A DNA stretch of 64,000 nt, taken from Polyangiaceae bacterium (GTDB lineage: Bacteria; Myxococcota_A; Polyangia; Polyangiales; Polyangiaceae). The DNA lies in assembly GCA_044376115.1 (NCBI GenBank), contig JBILLK010000014.1, forward strand, positions 64,001 to 128,000. The letters run 5' to 3'. Position numbers and translations under genes: made by a program. Below, one piece after another: positions 9,865-19,193 of the stretch (its first letter is position 1; every line of letters begins with the position of its first letter). The notes beneath the pieces were generated by a model. That model was not told where the DNA came from. It saw only the letters and a list, made by a program, of their open reading frames with translations, and ran no database searches.

Positions 9865-10587
9865 ATGCCGCGTACGGAGTTCAGGCGACGACTCGGGCTG
9901 GGCTTCATCACCCTCACGATCTGCGCCTGCGCGCCGGATTGGGAGGGCGTGTTCGGCGGGAGCTCGGAGGGCGGCGCTGGGGAAGGCGGCGCGACCAACG
10001 CAACAACCTCCAGCAACAGCTCTTCGTCGACCTCGTCGATGGGTGGAACGTCGACCAACTCGAGTTCGACCACTGAGACAGCCTCGAGTGTAGGCGGGCA
10101 GACGAATTCGAGCGTAACCACTGACCAGGCGGCGACGACCTCCACCTCGGAGACCGTGGCGACGTCGACCACGAGCAGCCCCGACGTGACTGCGACCACC
10201 AGCGGTGACCCGCCCGGTCCAAGCGTGGATTGCGGCGGCATTGCGTGTGACGTGAGCATGGGTGGAAGCTGCTGTTTCGACCTCAAGGATGAACAGGTCC
10301 AGTGCTCGCCCAACGACAACTGCAGCGGAAACGAGGTGGTGCTGACCTGCGACCAGCCGGCCGACTGCCCAGATGGGACCGTCTGCTGTGCCCTGCGGGA
10401 CTTTGGGCAGCAAGCCTATGACGCAACTGCCTGCGTGCAGGAATGTTACGATCCAAGCCGAGTCCTTTGCGACCCGAACGGTCCGCCATGTGATCCTTTC
10501 GAGATCGCCGGCTTCGTGATTCAACCCGTCTGCAAGCAAAGCGCCTTGTTGCCCGATGGGTACTTCATTTGCAGCGCGTCGAACTGA
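9865..10587 (+). CDS. Cys-rich lipoprotein with Ser/Thr linker
   Basis: Signal peptide with lipobox-like ICAC, long S/T tract, and a C-terminal CD..ADC..G.VCC domain. Confidence 0.7.
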   Translation: MPRTEFRRRLGLGFITLTICACAPDWEGVFGGSSEGGAGEGGATNATTSSNSSSSTSSMGGTSTNSSSTTETASSVGGQTNSSVTTDQAATTSTSETVATSTTSSPDVTATTSGDPPGPSVDCGGIACDVSMGGSCCFDLKDEQVQCSPNDNCSGNEVVLTCDQPADCPDGTVCCALRDFGQQAYDATACVQECYDPSRVLCDPNGPPCDPFEIAGFVIQPVCKQSALLPDGYFICSASN

Positions 10588-10633
10588 CAGGCCCCACGGA
10601 AGGCGGCAACTGGAGCTGCTCCCGCTCGGAAGA

Positions 10634-10662
10634 TTGACACCCAACTAACCGCTGAATACGGT
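10634..10662 (+). promoter_or_regulatory. Putative sigma70/sigmaA promoter of the HEAT-repeat gene
   Basis: TTGACA (10634-10639), a 17 nt spacer, then TACGGT (10657-10662). Confidence 0.55.
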
Positions 10663-10764
10663 GCAGCGGCTGTGCCGTGGGGTCCGCGGGGGCATCCCGA
10701 GACCGACCGCCAGCGCCAGTCGTCCACTCAAAAGGCTCTTGCCCGTCTATCGGGAGGAAAAGAA

Positions 10765-12552
10765 ATGCTCCGCAAGGACCGCCGGTTTGCCCCGCTCGCC
10801 CGTTCGCTCATGTTGGGCCTGGTGATTTCGTCCACAACGCTGGGATCGGCGATGACGCTTGCGGGCTGCCGCGACGAAGACGATCCCATGACGCACGCCG
10901 AAGATCTGGCCGATCCCAATCGGCAGGCGATGGCCATCAAGCGCTTGGACCAGTTCTACCAAGACGCAATGGCCAAGGATAAGAAGGACCGCAACGGTCC
11001 CAACGTGAAGCCGTTGCTCGAGAAGATCGTCGAGCCGCTCACCAAGGTCTGCCTGGATGAGAAGGTGAAGGATCGGACGCGAGCCCAGCTCGTTAAGCTC
11101 CTCGCCGACATGCGTCACCCGAAGGCTGACGCTTGCCTCAAGAAGACGCTCGACGACTTCAAGCCGGACACCAATGAAGACGATGTCGTCAACGTCGTTC
11201 GCGCTGTCACCGCGATGAACAACAAGACGCTGGCCAATGAGGTCATCCGCGTCTACCAAACCATGGAGTTCTCGCGGCCCAAGGCAAAGTTGATCGCGAA
11301 GGAAGTGACAACGGCCGTGCTCGCGCTCGCCGACAAGAGCCACCAGGACCTCTTCATCAAGGCCCTCGAGAAGCCCTTTGATCCGGCCAACCAGCAGGCA
11401 ATGCAGAACGAAGCTTTTTGGCAGACTGTCGCTGCTCGAGCTCTCGGTGAGCTCAAGAGCGAGAAGGCAGCCAAGCCCTTGCTCCAGATCGTGATCAACC
11501 CCTCCAAGGGGCCCATCGCCTCAACCGCTTTGGTCGCCATGGTGAAGATCGGGAAGGCGAGCATCGCGCCCGCAGAGGCCCTGCTGAATGGGTCCGACGC
11601 CGAGATGGTGAAGTTCTCGATCGCTGAACAGCTCAAGGGCGCCCAGAAGGACACCAACGGCAAGATCGCTGAGTCCGCAACCAAGGCCGCTGAGAAGGCA
11701 CACATCTCCACCGCAGCCCAGGTGCTCGGAGCGCTCGGCTCCGAGGGCTCGATCAAGCCATTGCTTTCGGCTCAGGAGAAAGCCGGTGAGGACGCAAGCA
11801 CGAAGGTGATCATCGCGCTCGTGCTTTCGCTGCTGCCGCGCAACGAGGAGGCCCTGAACGCCTTCAAGAAGACGTACGAAGAGTCCAAGCTGGATCTCGA
11901 TACGGTGGCCGGCCCTGCCCGTGAAATCCTCGCGGAACGCGCCAGTGACTTCTTCGATGCCAGCATCGCCAGCTGGCTCGTCAAGAACTCGGCGGAGCTC
12001 AAGGGCGAGGCTGCCGAGCTCGACCCGATCCGCAGCATTGCGCTCGTCTCCGCCACCAAGGTGATGAAGGCTGATCAGGTCGCCGAGGTGCAGACGCTGT
12101 TTGACACCAAGGCCTTCATTGAGGAGGAGGGCGGCAAGAAGAAGGAGACGCAGATCGGCAAGGCGTTCGAGAAGGAGTTCAAGCAGGCGAAGGACCTGGT
12201 GAACAACTGCAAAGAGAACGTCGATTGCTACTTCTCCGCACTGACGCTCGATGAGAACCAGGGCAAAGACAAGCAGTTTACCGCTATCAAGGCGGCATAC
12301 ATGATCGGCGTGCTTGGGAAGGATGCCGACCGGGCCAAGCTCGTGGACGCGCTGCCCAAGCTCTCGAACGACCTCGTGCGCGGAACCGCGCTCAAGGCTC
12401 TCGAGGCGATCACCCCGAAGGGTGATGCGGCGATCGCTGACAAGCTCAACGCCCTGTTCGACAAGGCCGAAGAGGCCAAGGACGACAAGCTCATGGGCGA
12501 CTACAAGATGTGCGTCGAGACGGCAGCGCGACTGCGGTCGCGGGCTCAATAG
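10765..12552 (+). CDS. HEAT/ARM repeat lipoprotein
   Basis: RBS GGAGG, lipobox LAGC, repeated helical AARALGEL/AAQVLGAL motifs, and strong codon bias. Confidence 0.75.
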   Translation: MLRKDRRFAPLARSLMLGLVISSTTLGSAMTLAGCRDEDDPMTHAEDLADPNRQAMAIKRLDQFYQDAMAKDKKDRNGPNVKPLLEKIVEPLTKVCLDEKVKDRTRAQLVKLLADMRHPKADACLKKTLDDFKPDTNEDDVVNVVRAVTAMNNKTLANEVIRVYQTMEFSRPKAKLIAKEVTTAVLALADKSHQDLFIKALEKPFDPANQQAMQNEAFWQTVAARALGELKSEKAAKPLLQIVINPSKGPIASTALVAMVKIGKASIAPAEALLNGSDAEMVKFSIAEQLKGAQKDTNGKIAESATKAAEKAHISTAAQVLGALGSEGSIKPLLSAQEKAGEDASTKVIIALVLSLLPRNEEALNAFKKTYEESKLDLDTVAGPAREILAERASDFFDASIASWLVKNSAELKGEAAELDPIRSIALVSATKVMKADQVAEVQTLFDTKAFIEEEGGKKKETQIGKAFEKEFKQAKDLVNNCKENVDCYFSALTLDENQGKDKQFTAIKAAYMIGVLGKDADRAKLVDALPKLSNDLVRGTALKALEAITPKGDAAIADKLNALFDKAEEAKDDKLMGDYKMCVETAARLRSRAQ

Positions 12553-12560
12553 CCCTGTCG

Positions 12561-14513
12561 ATGGGCTTCGAGCTCGCACTTTCGGTGGAGGTCGTGCAAG
12601 GCTTGGCAGCCGGCACGGCCTTCGAGCTTCGTGGCCCTCGCGTCTCGATTGGGCGGCATCCCGAGAACGATGTGGCGCTTGAAGAAGCGCATGTCTCGGG
12701 CGTGCACTGCCTCATTGTTCGGGAGGGAGACCGGGTGCTCCTGGTCGACAACAACTCGACCAATGGAACCACGCTGGCCCGCGGGGATCGGCGAATCCGA
12801 CTGAGTGCGGAGATGCCGTCGACCGACCTCGAGGCTGGTGACCAGATCGAGCTCGGGACGGGAGACGCCGTAACGACGCTGCTCGTAACCCTGTTGGATG
12901 AAGGGGACGAGCGACAGGTCCTGTCGATGACCCATCTCGACGCGCTGCCGAACGTGCGCGTGCGAGAGGCCGACCCGAACGTTCTGACCAAGCTGTATGC
13001 CGCCCAAAAGCGAATCGGGGCTGCACAAGGGCTGGAGAACGTGCTGATCGAGGTGGCAGACAGCGCACTTGAGTTGGTGCCCGCAGCAACCCACCTCACC
13101 CTCATCCTGCGCGACGATGACCTTGGTCGAGGGGACACCACAACCTTCGTCCCCGTGCTCACCCGGGTGCGATCGCCTGGCGGTGCCCCTGTGCACCCTG
13201 TTGGTAGCGTGCCAGTAGCGCGGAGCATCTATCGGAAGGTGGTCAAAGAACGGGCCGCCGTGCTCGCCGCCGACGCGCCCTCCGAAGCCTTCGCGAGCGA
13301 ATCAATGATGGGCGCGTCGATCCGCAGCACCATTGGTGTCCCGCTGTGGCGCGGCGACGAAGTGGTTGGCGTGCTGCAGGCGGATAACCGCAACGCGCCA
13401 GGAATGCTCAGCACCAATGACGTTGAGCTCTTGCTGCTGCTCGCATCCAACGCGTCGCTTGCCGTATCGAGCGCGCGATTGATCAAGCGGCTCTCGACGA
13501 TTGAGGTTCAGCTCAAGAAGGAGAACAGCTTCCTGAAGGGCCGTGAAGAGAAGCGCCGAGGCGGGGGCCGGGAGACCACCATCATCGGCACGAGTGAGGC
13601 CATGATGGCGCTCAACCGACACCTCGAGAAGGTCGTCGATACTCGAGTCACGGTGTTGGTCGAAGGCGAAACAGGCACCGGAAAAGAGTTGATAGCTGCG
13701 GCCGTGCACTACCGTTCGCGTCGGCGGGATAAGCTGTTCGTCGCTCAAAACTGTGCCGCGATCGCTGAGAGCCTGCTCGAGAGTGAACTCTTTGGGCACA
13801 AGAAGGGCGCATTCACTGGGGCAGTCGACGAGAAGAAGGGCCTGTTTGAGATCGCCGATGGCGGCACGCTCTTCCTTGATGAGGTCAACTCAACCAGCCT
13901 TTCGCTGCAATCGAAGTTGCTGCGCGCGCTGCAAGAGGGGGAGATCCGGCCCGTTGGTGGCACCGTCTCCAAGCACGTCGATGTTCGCATCGTGGCTGCG
14001 ACCAACCGCAACCTCGAGGAGCTGGTGGAGAAGGGCCTATTTCGGGAGGACCTTTATTACCGACTCAAGGTTTTTCCTTTGCGCTTGCCTCCGCTGCGCG
14101 AACGGCGAGACGACATTTCGCTGCTCGCGACCCACTTCCTCGCACGCTACTCGCAAGAGATTGGTAAGCCCGCCGGTGGTTTCTCCCAGCAGGCGCTCGA
14201 GCTGCTCACGAGCTATGAGTGGCCGGGTAACGTTCGCGAGTTACAGAACGAGATCCAGCGCATCGTGATCCAACTCGATGAGGGAGCCTTCGTAACGCCG
14301 GAGCTCCTGTCCCCACAAATCAAGAAGGCTCTCGGAGTCGTTGCAAAGGCCAGCGTCGCCAAGGGGACGCTGCGCGAGATGATGGACTCAGTGGAGAAGT
14401 ACCTGTTGCTCGAGACGCTACGCGAGCATGGGCAGAACAAGACCTCCGCAGCGAAGGGCCTTGGGATCACGCGCGAGGGCCTGCACAAGAAGCTACGTCA
14501 GCACGGCATGTGA
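12561..14513 (+). CDS. FHA-GAF-sigma54 enhancer-binding protein (Fis HTH)
   Basis: FHA (IGRH, VSGVH, STNGT), GAF (IGVPL, VVGVLQADN), [19 protein letters not shown] and WPGNVREL. Confidence 0.95.
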   Translation: MGFELALSVEVVQGLAAGTAFELRGPRVSIGRHPENDVALEEAHVSGVHCLIVREGDRVLLVDNNSTNGTTLARGDRRIRLSAEMPSTDLEAGDQIELGTGDAVTTLLVTLLDEGDERQVLSMTHLDALPNVRVREADPNVLTKLYAAQKRIGAAQGLENVLIEVADSALELVPAATHLTLILRDDDLGRGDTTTFVPVLTRVRSPGGAPVHPVGSVPVARSIYRKVVKERAAVLAADAPSEAFASESMMGASIRSTIGVPLWRGDEVVGVLQADNRNAPGMLSTNDVELLLLLASNASLAVSSARLIKRLSTIEVQLKKENSFLKGREEKRRGGGRETTIIGTSEAMMALNRHLEKVVDTRVTVLVEGETGTGKELIAAAVHYRSRRRDKLFVAQNCAAIAESLLESELFGHKKGAFTGAVDEKKGLFEIADGGTLFLDEVNSTSLSLQSKLLRALQEGEIRPVGGTVSKHVDVRIVAATNRNLEELVEKGLFREDLYYRLKVFPLRLPPLRERRDDISLLATHFLARYSQEIGKPAGGFSQQALELLTSYEWPGNVRELQNEIQRIVIQLDEGAFVTPELLSPQIKKALGVVAKASVAKGTLREMMDSVEKYLLLETLREHGQNKTSAAKGLGITREGLHKKLRQHGM

Positions 14514-14650
14514 CTCGGCCCAACGCGGCTCCCAAAAGTCGAGTGCTCACTCGCACCAATCCCTAACAACGGAGCTGGCGGGCGCCACGCCCCATTCGCC
14601 GGCCGCGCAACATCCGCTCAAGAAAACACCAGGATTTTGGCTGTTTAAGC

Positions 14651-14667
14651 TTGGCACGCGCATCGCA
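14651..14667 (+). promoter_or_regulatory. sigma54 -24/-12 promoter
   Basis: TTGGCACGCGCATCGCA, i.e. TGGCACG-N4-TCGC with exact GG-N10-GC spacing and an AT-rich tract upstream. Confidence 0.75.
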
Positions 14668-14679
14668 ATCTGCGGGCGC

Positions 14680-15252
14680 ATGAACCACAACGAACGCCCT
14701 CATCGATTGGTTGCCCTTTGGCAAAACGTTGCAAGCACCGCGTGGGCACCGCTCCTCGCCAAGGCCGTAGGCGCATGCTTCATCCTAGGTCTGCTGGCCG
14801 TCCTCGGGTCGGGATTGGGGGACCGCGTCTTCTCGGCAACGCCGGCTCAAGCCAAAGCCGATCCGCGGGCGACCGCGGATAGCCGTTCCGCTCGTGCGAC
14901 CACAATGCTGGGAACGGAGCCGGGATCTTCCGCAGCAATGCTGCAGGCCAGCGCGTCCGCAGCAGTGCTGCAGGCCAGCGCGTCCGCAGCGCCGCCTCTA
15001 TCGGCGCTCCTACCGGATGGCCGCATCGTCTTGAACCTCGCCGATGCTGAGCAACTCGACAAGCTACCGGGCGTAGGCCGCAAGAAAGCTGAAGCCATCG
15101 TCGCCCTGCGAACCAAGCTCGGACGCTTTCGCAAGTTGGAAGAGTTAGCCCGGGTCAGAGGAATCAAACGTAGGTTCATTGAACGCATTCGCCCACTGGT
15201 AGTGCTCGATGCTCCAACAACGCCGCCCCAAAGCGCTGCATCGCCCCCTTGA
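14680..15252 (+). CDS. comEA: ComEA family helix-hairpin-helix DNA-binding protein
   Basis: N-terminal TM segment, then LNLADAEQLDKLPGVGRKKAEAIV...FRKLEELARVRGI. Confidence 0.85.
   Translation: MNHNERPHRLVALWQNVASTAWAPLLAKAVGACFILGLLAVLGSGLGDRVFSATPAQAKADPRATADSRSARATTMLGTEPGSSAAMLQASASAAVLQASASAAPPLSALLPDGRIVLNLADAEQLDKLPGVGRKKAEAIVALRTKLGRFRKLEELARVRGIKRRFIERIRPLVVLDAPTTPPQSAASPP
14932..14990 (+). repeat. 27-bp in-frame tandem duplication in comEA (AA[M/V]LQASAS x2)
   Basis: gcagcaatgctgcaggccagcgcgtcc followed by gcagcagtgctgcaggccagcgcgtcc. Confidence 0.85.
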
Positions 15253-15284
15253 GATCCATCGAGACGGCGGGGTAGCTTGCGCGA

Positions 15285-17201
15285 ATGTCAAAATGCTGGG
15301 GCTTGAGTTTAGTGACGCTGCTTGCCTGTTTGGGCAGTACGAGCGTGTACGCCGACGAGGAAGCAGACGATGCTAAGCCTGTTGAGAGCGCCAAGCCTGC
15401 CGACGACGCCAAGCCTGCTGACGACGCCAAGCCTGCTGACGACGCCAAGCCTGCTGACGACGCCAAGCCCGCTGACGACGCCAAGCCTGCTGACGACGCC
15501 AAGCCCGCTGACGACGCCAAGCCCGCTGACGACGCCAAGCCCGCTGACGACGTTCCTAACGAGGATGGGCTTGTCGTAGGTGAGGAGAAGCCTGGCACGG
15601 ACGAGTACGACATCGAAGATGCGAAAGCTGCCGGATACGAGGTTGGAGAGCCCTCAAAAGACCCAGCCGACGGATTGGGCGTTGACGGGAAGGACTACGA
15701 GCTTCCGGCATCAACGTTCGAGGGCATGGAGGGGCTCGATGCCGCGGATATGGAGGCACTGACCGAGGTCACGCCTGCAGAGCTCGGCGAGCTCGACATG
15801 GACCGCGACATGGGCGAAGCCGCCGAGGCGCAGTTCGACAAGCAGGCGGAAGCACTCGAGGGCCTCGATCCCGACGACATGGCCAAGATTGCCGCCATGT
15901 ACATGCCTGTGCTTCGCAAGAAGCTCGCGGAGGTCAAGGAGAAGACCCACGACAAGACCGTTGAAAAGGCGAGCGCAAAACAGGCCGCTAAACTCAATGT
16001 GATTGCCAAGATTCTCGCCGGACTCAGCCTTTCTGGCCTGCTCCTATTGCTGCTACCGCTCATTCGCGGGAAGAAGTATCCCGGCCAGATGGGCAAGCTA
16101 TTCGCCTATTCGGCGTTGGCTGGAGCGGCCCTCACGGTCTCCATTTTGCTCCTTACGGGAGTCATGGTTGCGACCCGTACGGTGCAGGCCTCGATGGCGT
16201 CACTCACAAACCCGCAGGTGATCATTCAAGACGCAACGTTTGACGCAATCGATGAGCAGCTTGAGGAAGTGTCAGCTACCCCTGGACTGCTCCTGGTTCC
16301 GCTTCAAGACGTTGGCAACGGCAAAGAAGAGGACCTCGGCGTTGCCATCCTCAACAATGCGTCCAAGTTCAAAGAAGACGTCGATGTCTTCAAGAAGGTT
16401 GGGGACTTCTTCAAGAGCATCAGCGGCGCGCTTAGTTATGTTCCCGTGATCCTTACTGGTCTAGCGGTGGTGCTCTTCTTGGTGAGCATCAAGGACCTGG
16501 TCAAAGCGATTTTGGCCATACCCGAGCGAGCGATGCGAGGTGAGATTGCAGCCAAAGACGTGTTTGGCCTGGTCTTCAAGCGAGTAACCGCGGAGATGAT
16601 CGCCACGCTAATCACGCTGGCGGCGTTCTTCGTCATCACACTGATTACGAGCGTCTCGCTCGGCTACGTCGCCGTGCCGACGATGGGTGTGTTCATTCAA
16701 CAGCTATTGTCGACGCTGCAATACGTCTTCATTGAGAAGGACGCCTCGAAGGGGATCATCTACTTCGCGCTGGTTGGGGTCCTTGGCTTCCTCATTATCG
16801 CAATTGGCCTAACCATCGCCTCCGGCATTCTCTATCTCGGCAAGTTGCAGAAGATCATGCGCAACCGCTTCATCGACGGCGCACCGTTGGGCCAGCACAA
16901 GGCCTTCTTCGGTTGGCGTTCACTCGCTGTCGTTTGGTGCATCGCGCTGCCCACACTAACGATGGTTATCGTGGCCTTCGTTGCCGACAAGCTCGAAGAC
17001 ATCGCCACCAAGGGGAAGGAGTGGAACTGGAATCTGGCGCTGCTGCCTGCGCCTGCGCTTCTGATCGGCGGCTTCCTGATCGTCTTTGTACTGGGTATGG
17101 GCCTCAAGGCGCTGCTCAGCATCGTGAAGTACAAGGTTGAGGGCTCCACGTCAGACATGGCTGTGGCACAGCTTGCAGCGGCCGCTCCGGTCGGCCGCTA
17201 A
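15285..17201 (+). CDS. Polytopic membrane protein with acidic N-terminal repeat region, function unknown
   Basis: Signal peptide, DDAKPA repeats, an acidic domain and roughly 9 hydrophobic segments. Confidence 0.75.
   Translation: MSKCWGLSLVTLLACLGSTSVYADEEADDAKPVESAKPADDAKPADDAKPADDAKPADDAKPADDAKPADDAKPADDAKPADDAKPADDVPNEDGLVVGEEKPGTDEYDIEDAKAAGYEVGEPSKDPADGLGVDGKDYELPASTFEGMEGLDAADMEALTEVTPAELGELDMDRDMGEAAEAQFDKQAEALEGLDPDDMAKIAAMYMPVLRKKLAEVKEKTHDKTVEKASAKQAAKLNVIAKILAGLSLSGLLLLLLPLIRGKKYPGQMGKLFAYSALAGAALTVSILLLTGVMVATRTVQASMASLTNPQVIIQDATFDAIDEQLEEVSATPGLLLVPLQDVGNGKEEDLGVAILNNASKFKEDVDVFKKVGDFFKSISGALSYVPVILTGLAVVLFLVSIKDLVKAILAIPERAMRGEIAAKDVFGLVFKRVTAEMIATLITLAAFFVITLITSVSLGYVAVPTMGVFIQQLLSTLQYVFIEKDASKGIIYFALVGVLGFLIIAIGLTIASGILYLGKLQKIMRNRFIDGAPLGQHKAFFGWRSLAVVWCIALPTLTMVIVAFVADKLEDIATKGKEWNWNLALLPAPALLIGGFLIVFVLGMGLKALLSIVKYKVEGSTSDMAVAQLAAAAPVGR
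15366..15551 (+). repeat. 18-bp coding tandem repeat (DDAKPA)
   Basis: Eight full GACGACGCCAAGCC(T/C)GCT units at 15402-15545 plus degenerate flanking units. Confidence 0.95.
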
Positions 17202-17261
17202 ATCAGGAACAGACGGATCAGCAACAGACGGAAGTGGGTCGCGTGTGGGATAATCCGCGTC

Positions 17262-19124
17262 ATGCGGCTTGGAAGAACCCTTACCCTTCTCGCTTCCGTC
17301 TCTTTCATCCTGGCTGGTTGCTCCAGCGTCATCGTGGTTGACCCGTGTGAAGAGGGGGAGCTTTTCTGCACGGACGGCTGCACCGAGGTCCAAAGCGACC
17401 CACAGAACTGCGGAGCCTGCGGTGAGGTGTGCCCGAGCGGGCTCGCTTGCGTTGATGGCGTATGCAACGGCAACGCCTGCGGCGCCGGCCTGCTCGAGTG
17501 CAATGGGACCTGCATCGACGCGCAAAACGACTCGCAAAACTGCGGGGACTGCGACTCGGTCTGCGTGGACGGCACCGTGTGCGTTGCAGGCAGCTGCAAA
17601 GAAGGATGCGCCCCAGATTTAACTGAGTGTTCTGGTCAGTGTGTGAATCTCTCCACCGATCCGAACAACTGCGGAGACTGTGGCTTGCCTTGCTTCGACG
17701 GGGAGGTCTGCTCGGGTGGAATCTGCAGCACCGAATGTGCACCACCACTCGAGGAGTGCCTTGGCACGTGTGTGAATACGTCCACCGACGAGAACAACTG
17801 TGGGGGCTGCAACATCGAATGCCCGACCGGCTGGTCGTGTTTGAACTTCGCCTGCGAACCTCCTGCCTGCGATAATCCAACCTGCGGGCTTTTCTGCGAC
17901 CTGATCGAGCTACCGCAGGATCAGAGCTTCACCACCTTTGGCTCAACGTTCGGAAGTAACGACGTCTTTTCGCCAGCGTGTGCACCCACGATGGCGGGTG
18001 AGACCGTGTTTCGGTTTACCGCTCCCCAAGGCGGCCTGTATGAATTCGATACCATCGGCTCGTCCTACGACACCACCCTCTCGGTGCTCAACGCCAACTG
18101 CTCAACCATCGCCTGCAACGACGACACCTCCGGCGTCGATGCCGTGGTTTCGACGAACATCGCAGAGGGGGACACTGTGCTGTTGGTTGTCGACGGCTTC
18201 GAGAACGGAGACTTCCAGCTCAGCGGAGCATTCGTTCAAGGCTGCGAGGCGGGGCTCACGGTCTGCAATGGCGATTGTGTGGACACCCTAGCCGACGACG
18301 CAAACTGCGGGGACTGCAACATCGCGTGCGTCGTTGGGGATCACTGCATCAACGGTAACTGTGAATCCACCTGTTTGGTCGGCAGCTGCGGAACGTGCGG
18401 CGGGCAGCTCGCGCTGCAATCGGCAGTTCCGCAAACGGTCAACGGCACGATTGGGCAGCTCAATAGCGGACTATTCCCCAGTTGTGGGAACGGACCGACA
18501 ACGGAAGTCGGCCACACCTTTACCGCGCCCGAAGACGGTAACTACACATTCTCCACAGCCGGTTCGTTCGGACTGGATACGGTGTTAACGCTGCTCAGCG
18601 GAACCTGCACAGAGTTGGCCTGCGACGATAATTCGGGCCCTGGCAACTCAAGTCGCGTTCAGCGGAATCTAACCGCTGGAGAGAGCGTCACGATCGTCGT
18701 GGATGCGGCCTTTTCCGGCAACTACACGCTTTCGATAACGTCCGCTCCCGTGGCGCAATGTCCAACACAAGATCTTGGCACCACGGTTCCGCAAACCGTC
18801 TCTGGAAGTACCACGGGGCAAGGCAACAGCTTCACCCCAAGCTGCATAAGCTCGAATGCCCCGGACCAACAGTTCCTGTTCACTCCGCCGGCAACCGGAA
18901 ACTACCGTTTCAATACCGCCGGCTCCAGCTACGACACAGTCGTTTACGTACTAGGCGGAGCTTGCCAGGGGGGCTCACTTGCCTGCAATGATGACTTCAT
19001 GGGTTCAACCCAGGGGCAAGTAACCGTCAATCTGCAGCAAGGGGTACCGGTGACCGTCGTCGTCGACGGCTTTGGTAACAGCCAGGGCAACTTCCAACTA
19101 CAGATTCAGCAAGTAATGAACTGA
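17262..19124 (+). CDS. Cys-rich repeat lipoprotein (D.xNCGxCG repeats) with three PPC-like beta-sandwich domains
   Basis: Lipobox LAGC; repeats such as SDPQNCGACG and TDPNNCGDCG; three F.AP..G.Y.F.T.GS..DT...ACND modules. Confidence 0.8.
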   Translation: MRLGRTLTLLASVSFILAGCSSVIVVDPCEEGELFCTDGCTEVQSDPQNCGACGEVCPSGLACVDGVCNGNACGAGLLECNGTCIDAQNDSQNCGDCDSVCVDGTVCVAGSCKEGCAPDLTECSGQCVNLSTDPNNCGDCGLPCFDGEVCSGGICSTECAPPLEECLGTCVNTSTDENNCGGCNIECPTGWSCLNFACEPPACDNPTCGLFCDLIELPQDQSFTTFGSTFGSNDVFSPACAPTMAGETVFRFTAPQGGLYEFDTIGSSYDTTLSVLNANCSTIACNDDTSGVDAVVSTNIAEGDTVLLVVDGFENGDFQLSGAFVQGCEAGLTVCNGDCVDTLADDANCGDCNIACVVGDHCINGNCESTCLVGSCGTCGGQLALQSAVPQTVNGTIGQLNSGLFPSCGNGPTTEVGHTFTAPEDGNYTFSTAGSFGLDTVLTLLSGTCTELACDDNSGPGNSSRVQRNLTAGESVTIVVDAAFSGNYTLSITSAPVAQCPTQDLGTTVPQTVSGSTTGQGNSFTPSCISSNAPDQQFLFTPPATGNYRFNTAGSSYDTVVYVLGGACQGGSLACNDDFMGSTQGQVTVNLQQGVPVTVVVDGFGNSQGNFQLQIQQVMN

Positions 19125-19130
19125 AACAGG

Positions 19131-19178
19131 TCGGGTGGATGGGTTCGCCCAACCCAATCCACCCGAGCGTTTCTTTTG
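19131..19178 (+). terminator. Rho-independent terminator, possibly bidirectional, between convergent genes
   Basis: TCGGGTGGAT-GGGTT pairs with AACCC-A-ATCCACCCGA, followed by a T-rich tail (TTTCTTTT). Confidence 0.75.
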
Positions 19179-19193
19179 GTCTGCGACTCCGCT

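Noticed and set aside
9781..10644. Long N-terminal extension of the 9361-10644 ORF
   Set aside because: Overlaps the plus-strand lipoprotein gene; the ATG at 9780 gives a sensible small protein.
11521..12579. 352-aa minus-strand ORF
   Set aside because: Mirror of the strongly codon-biased HEAT-repeat gene.
15366..15551. Repeat array as a possible CRISPR
   Set aside because: The 18-bp units are contiguous with no spacers, lie in frame within a CDS, and no cas genes are present.
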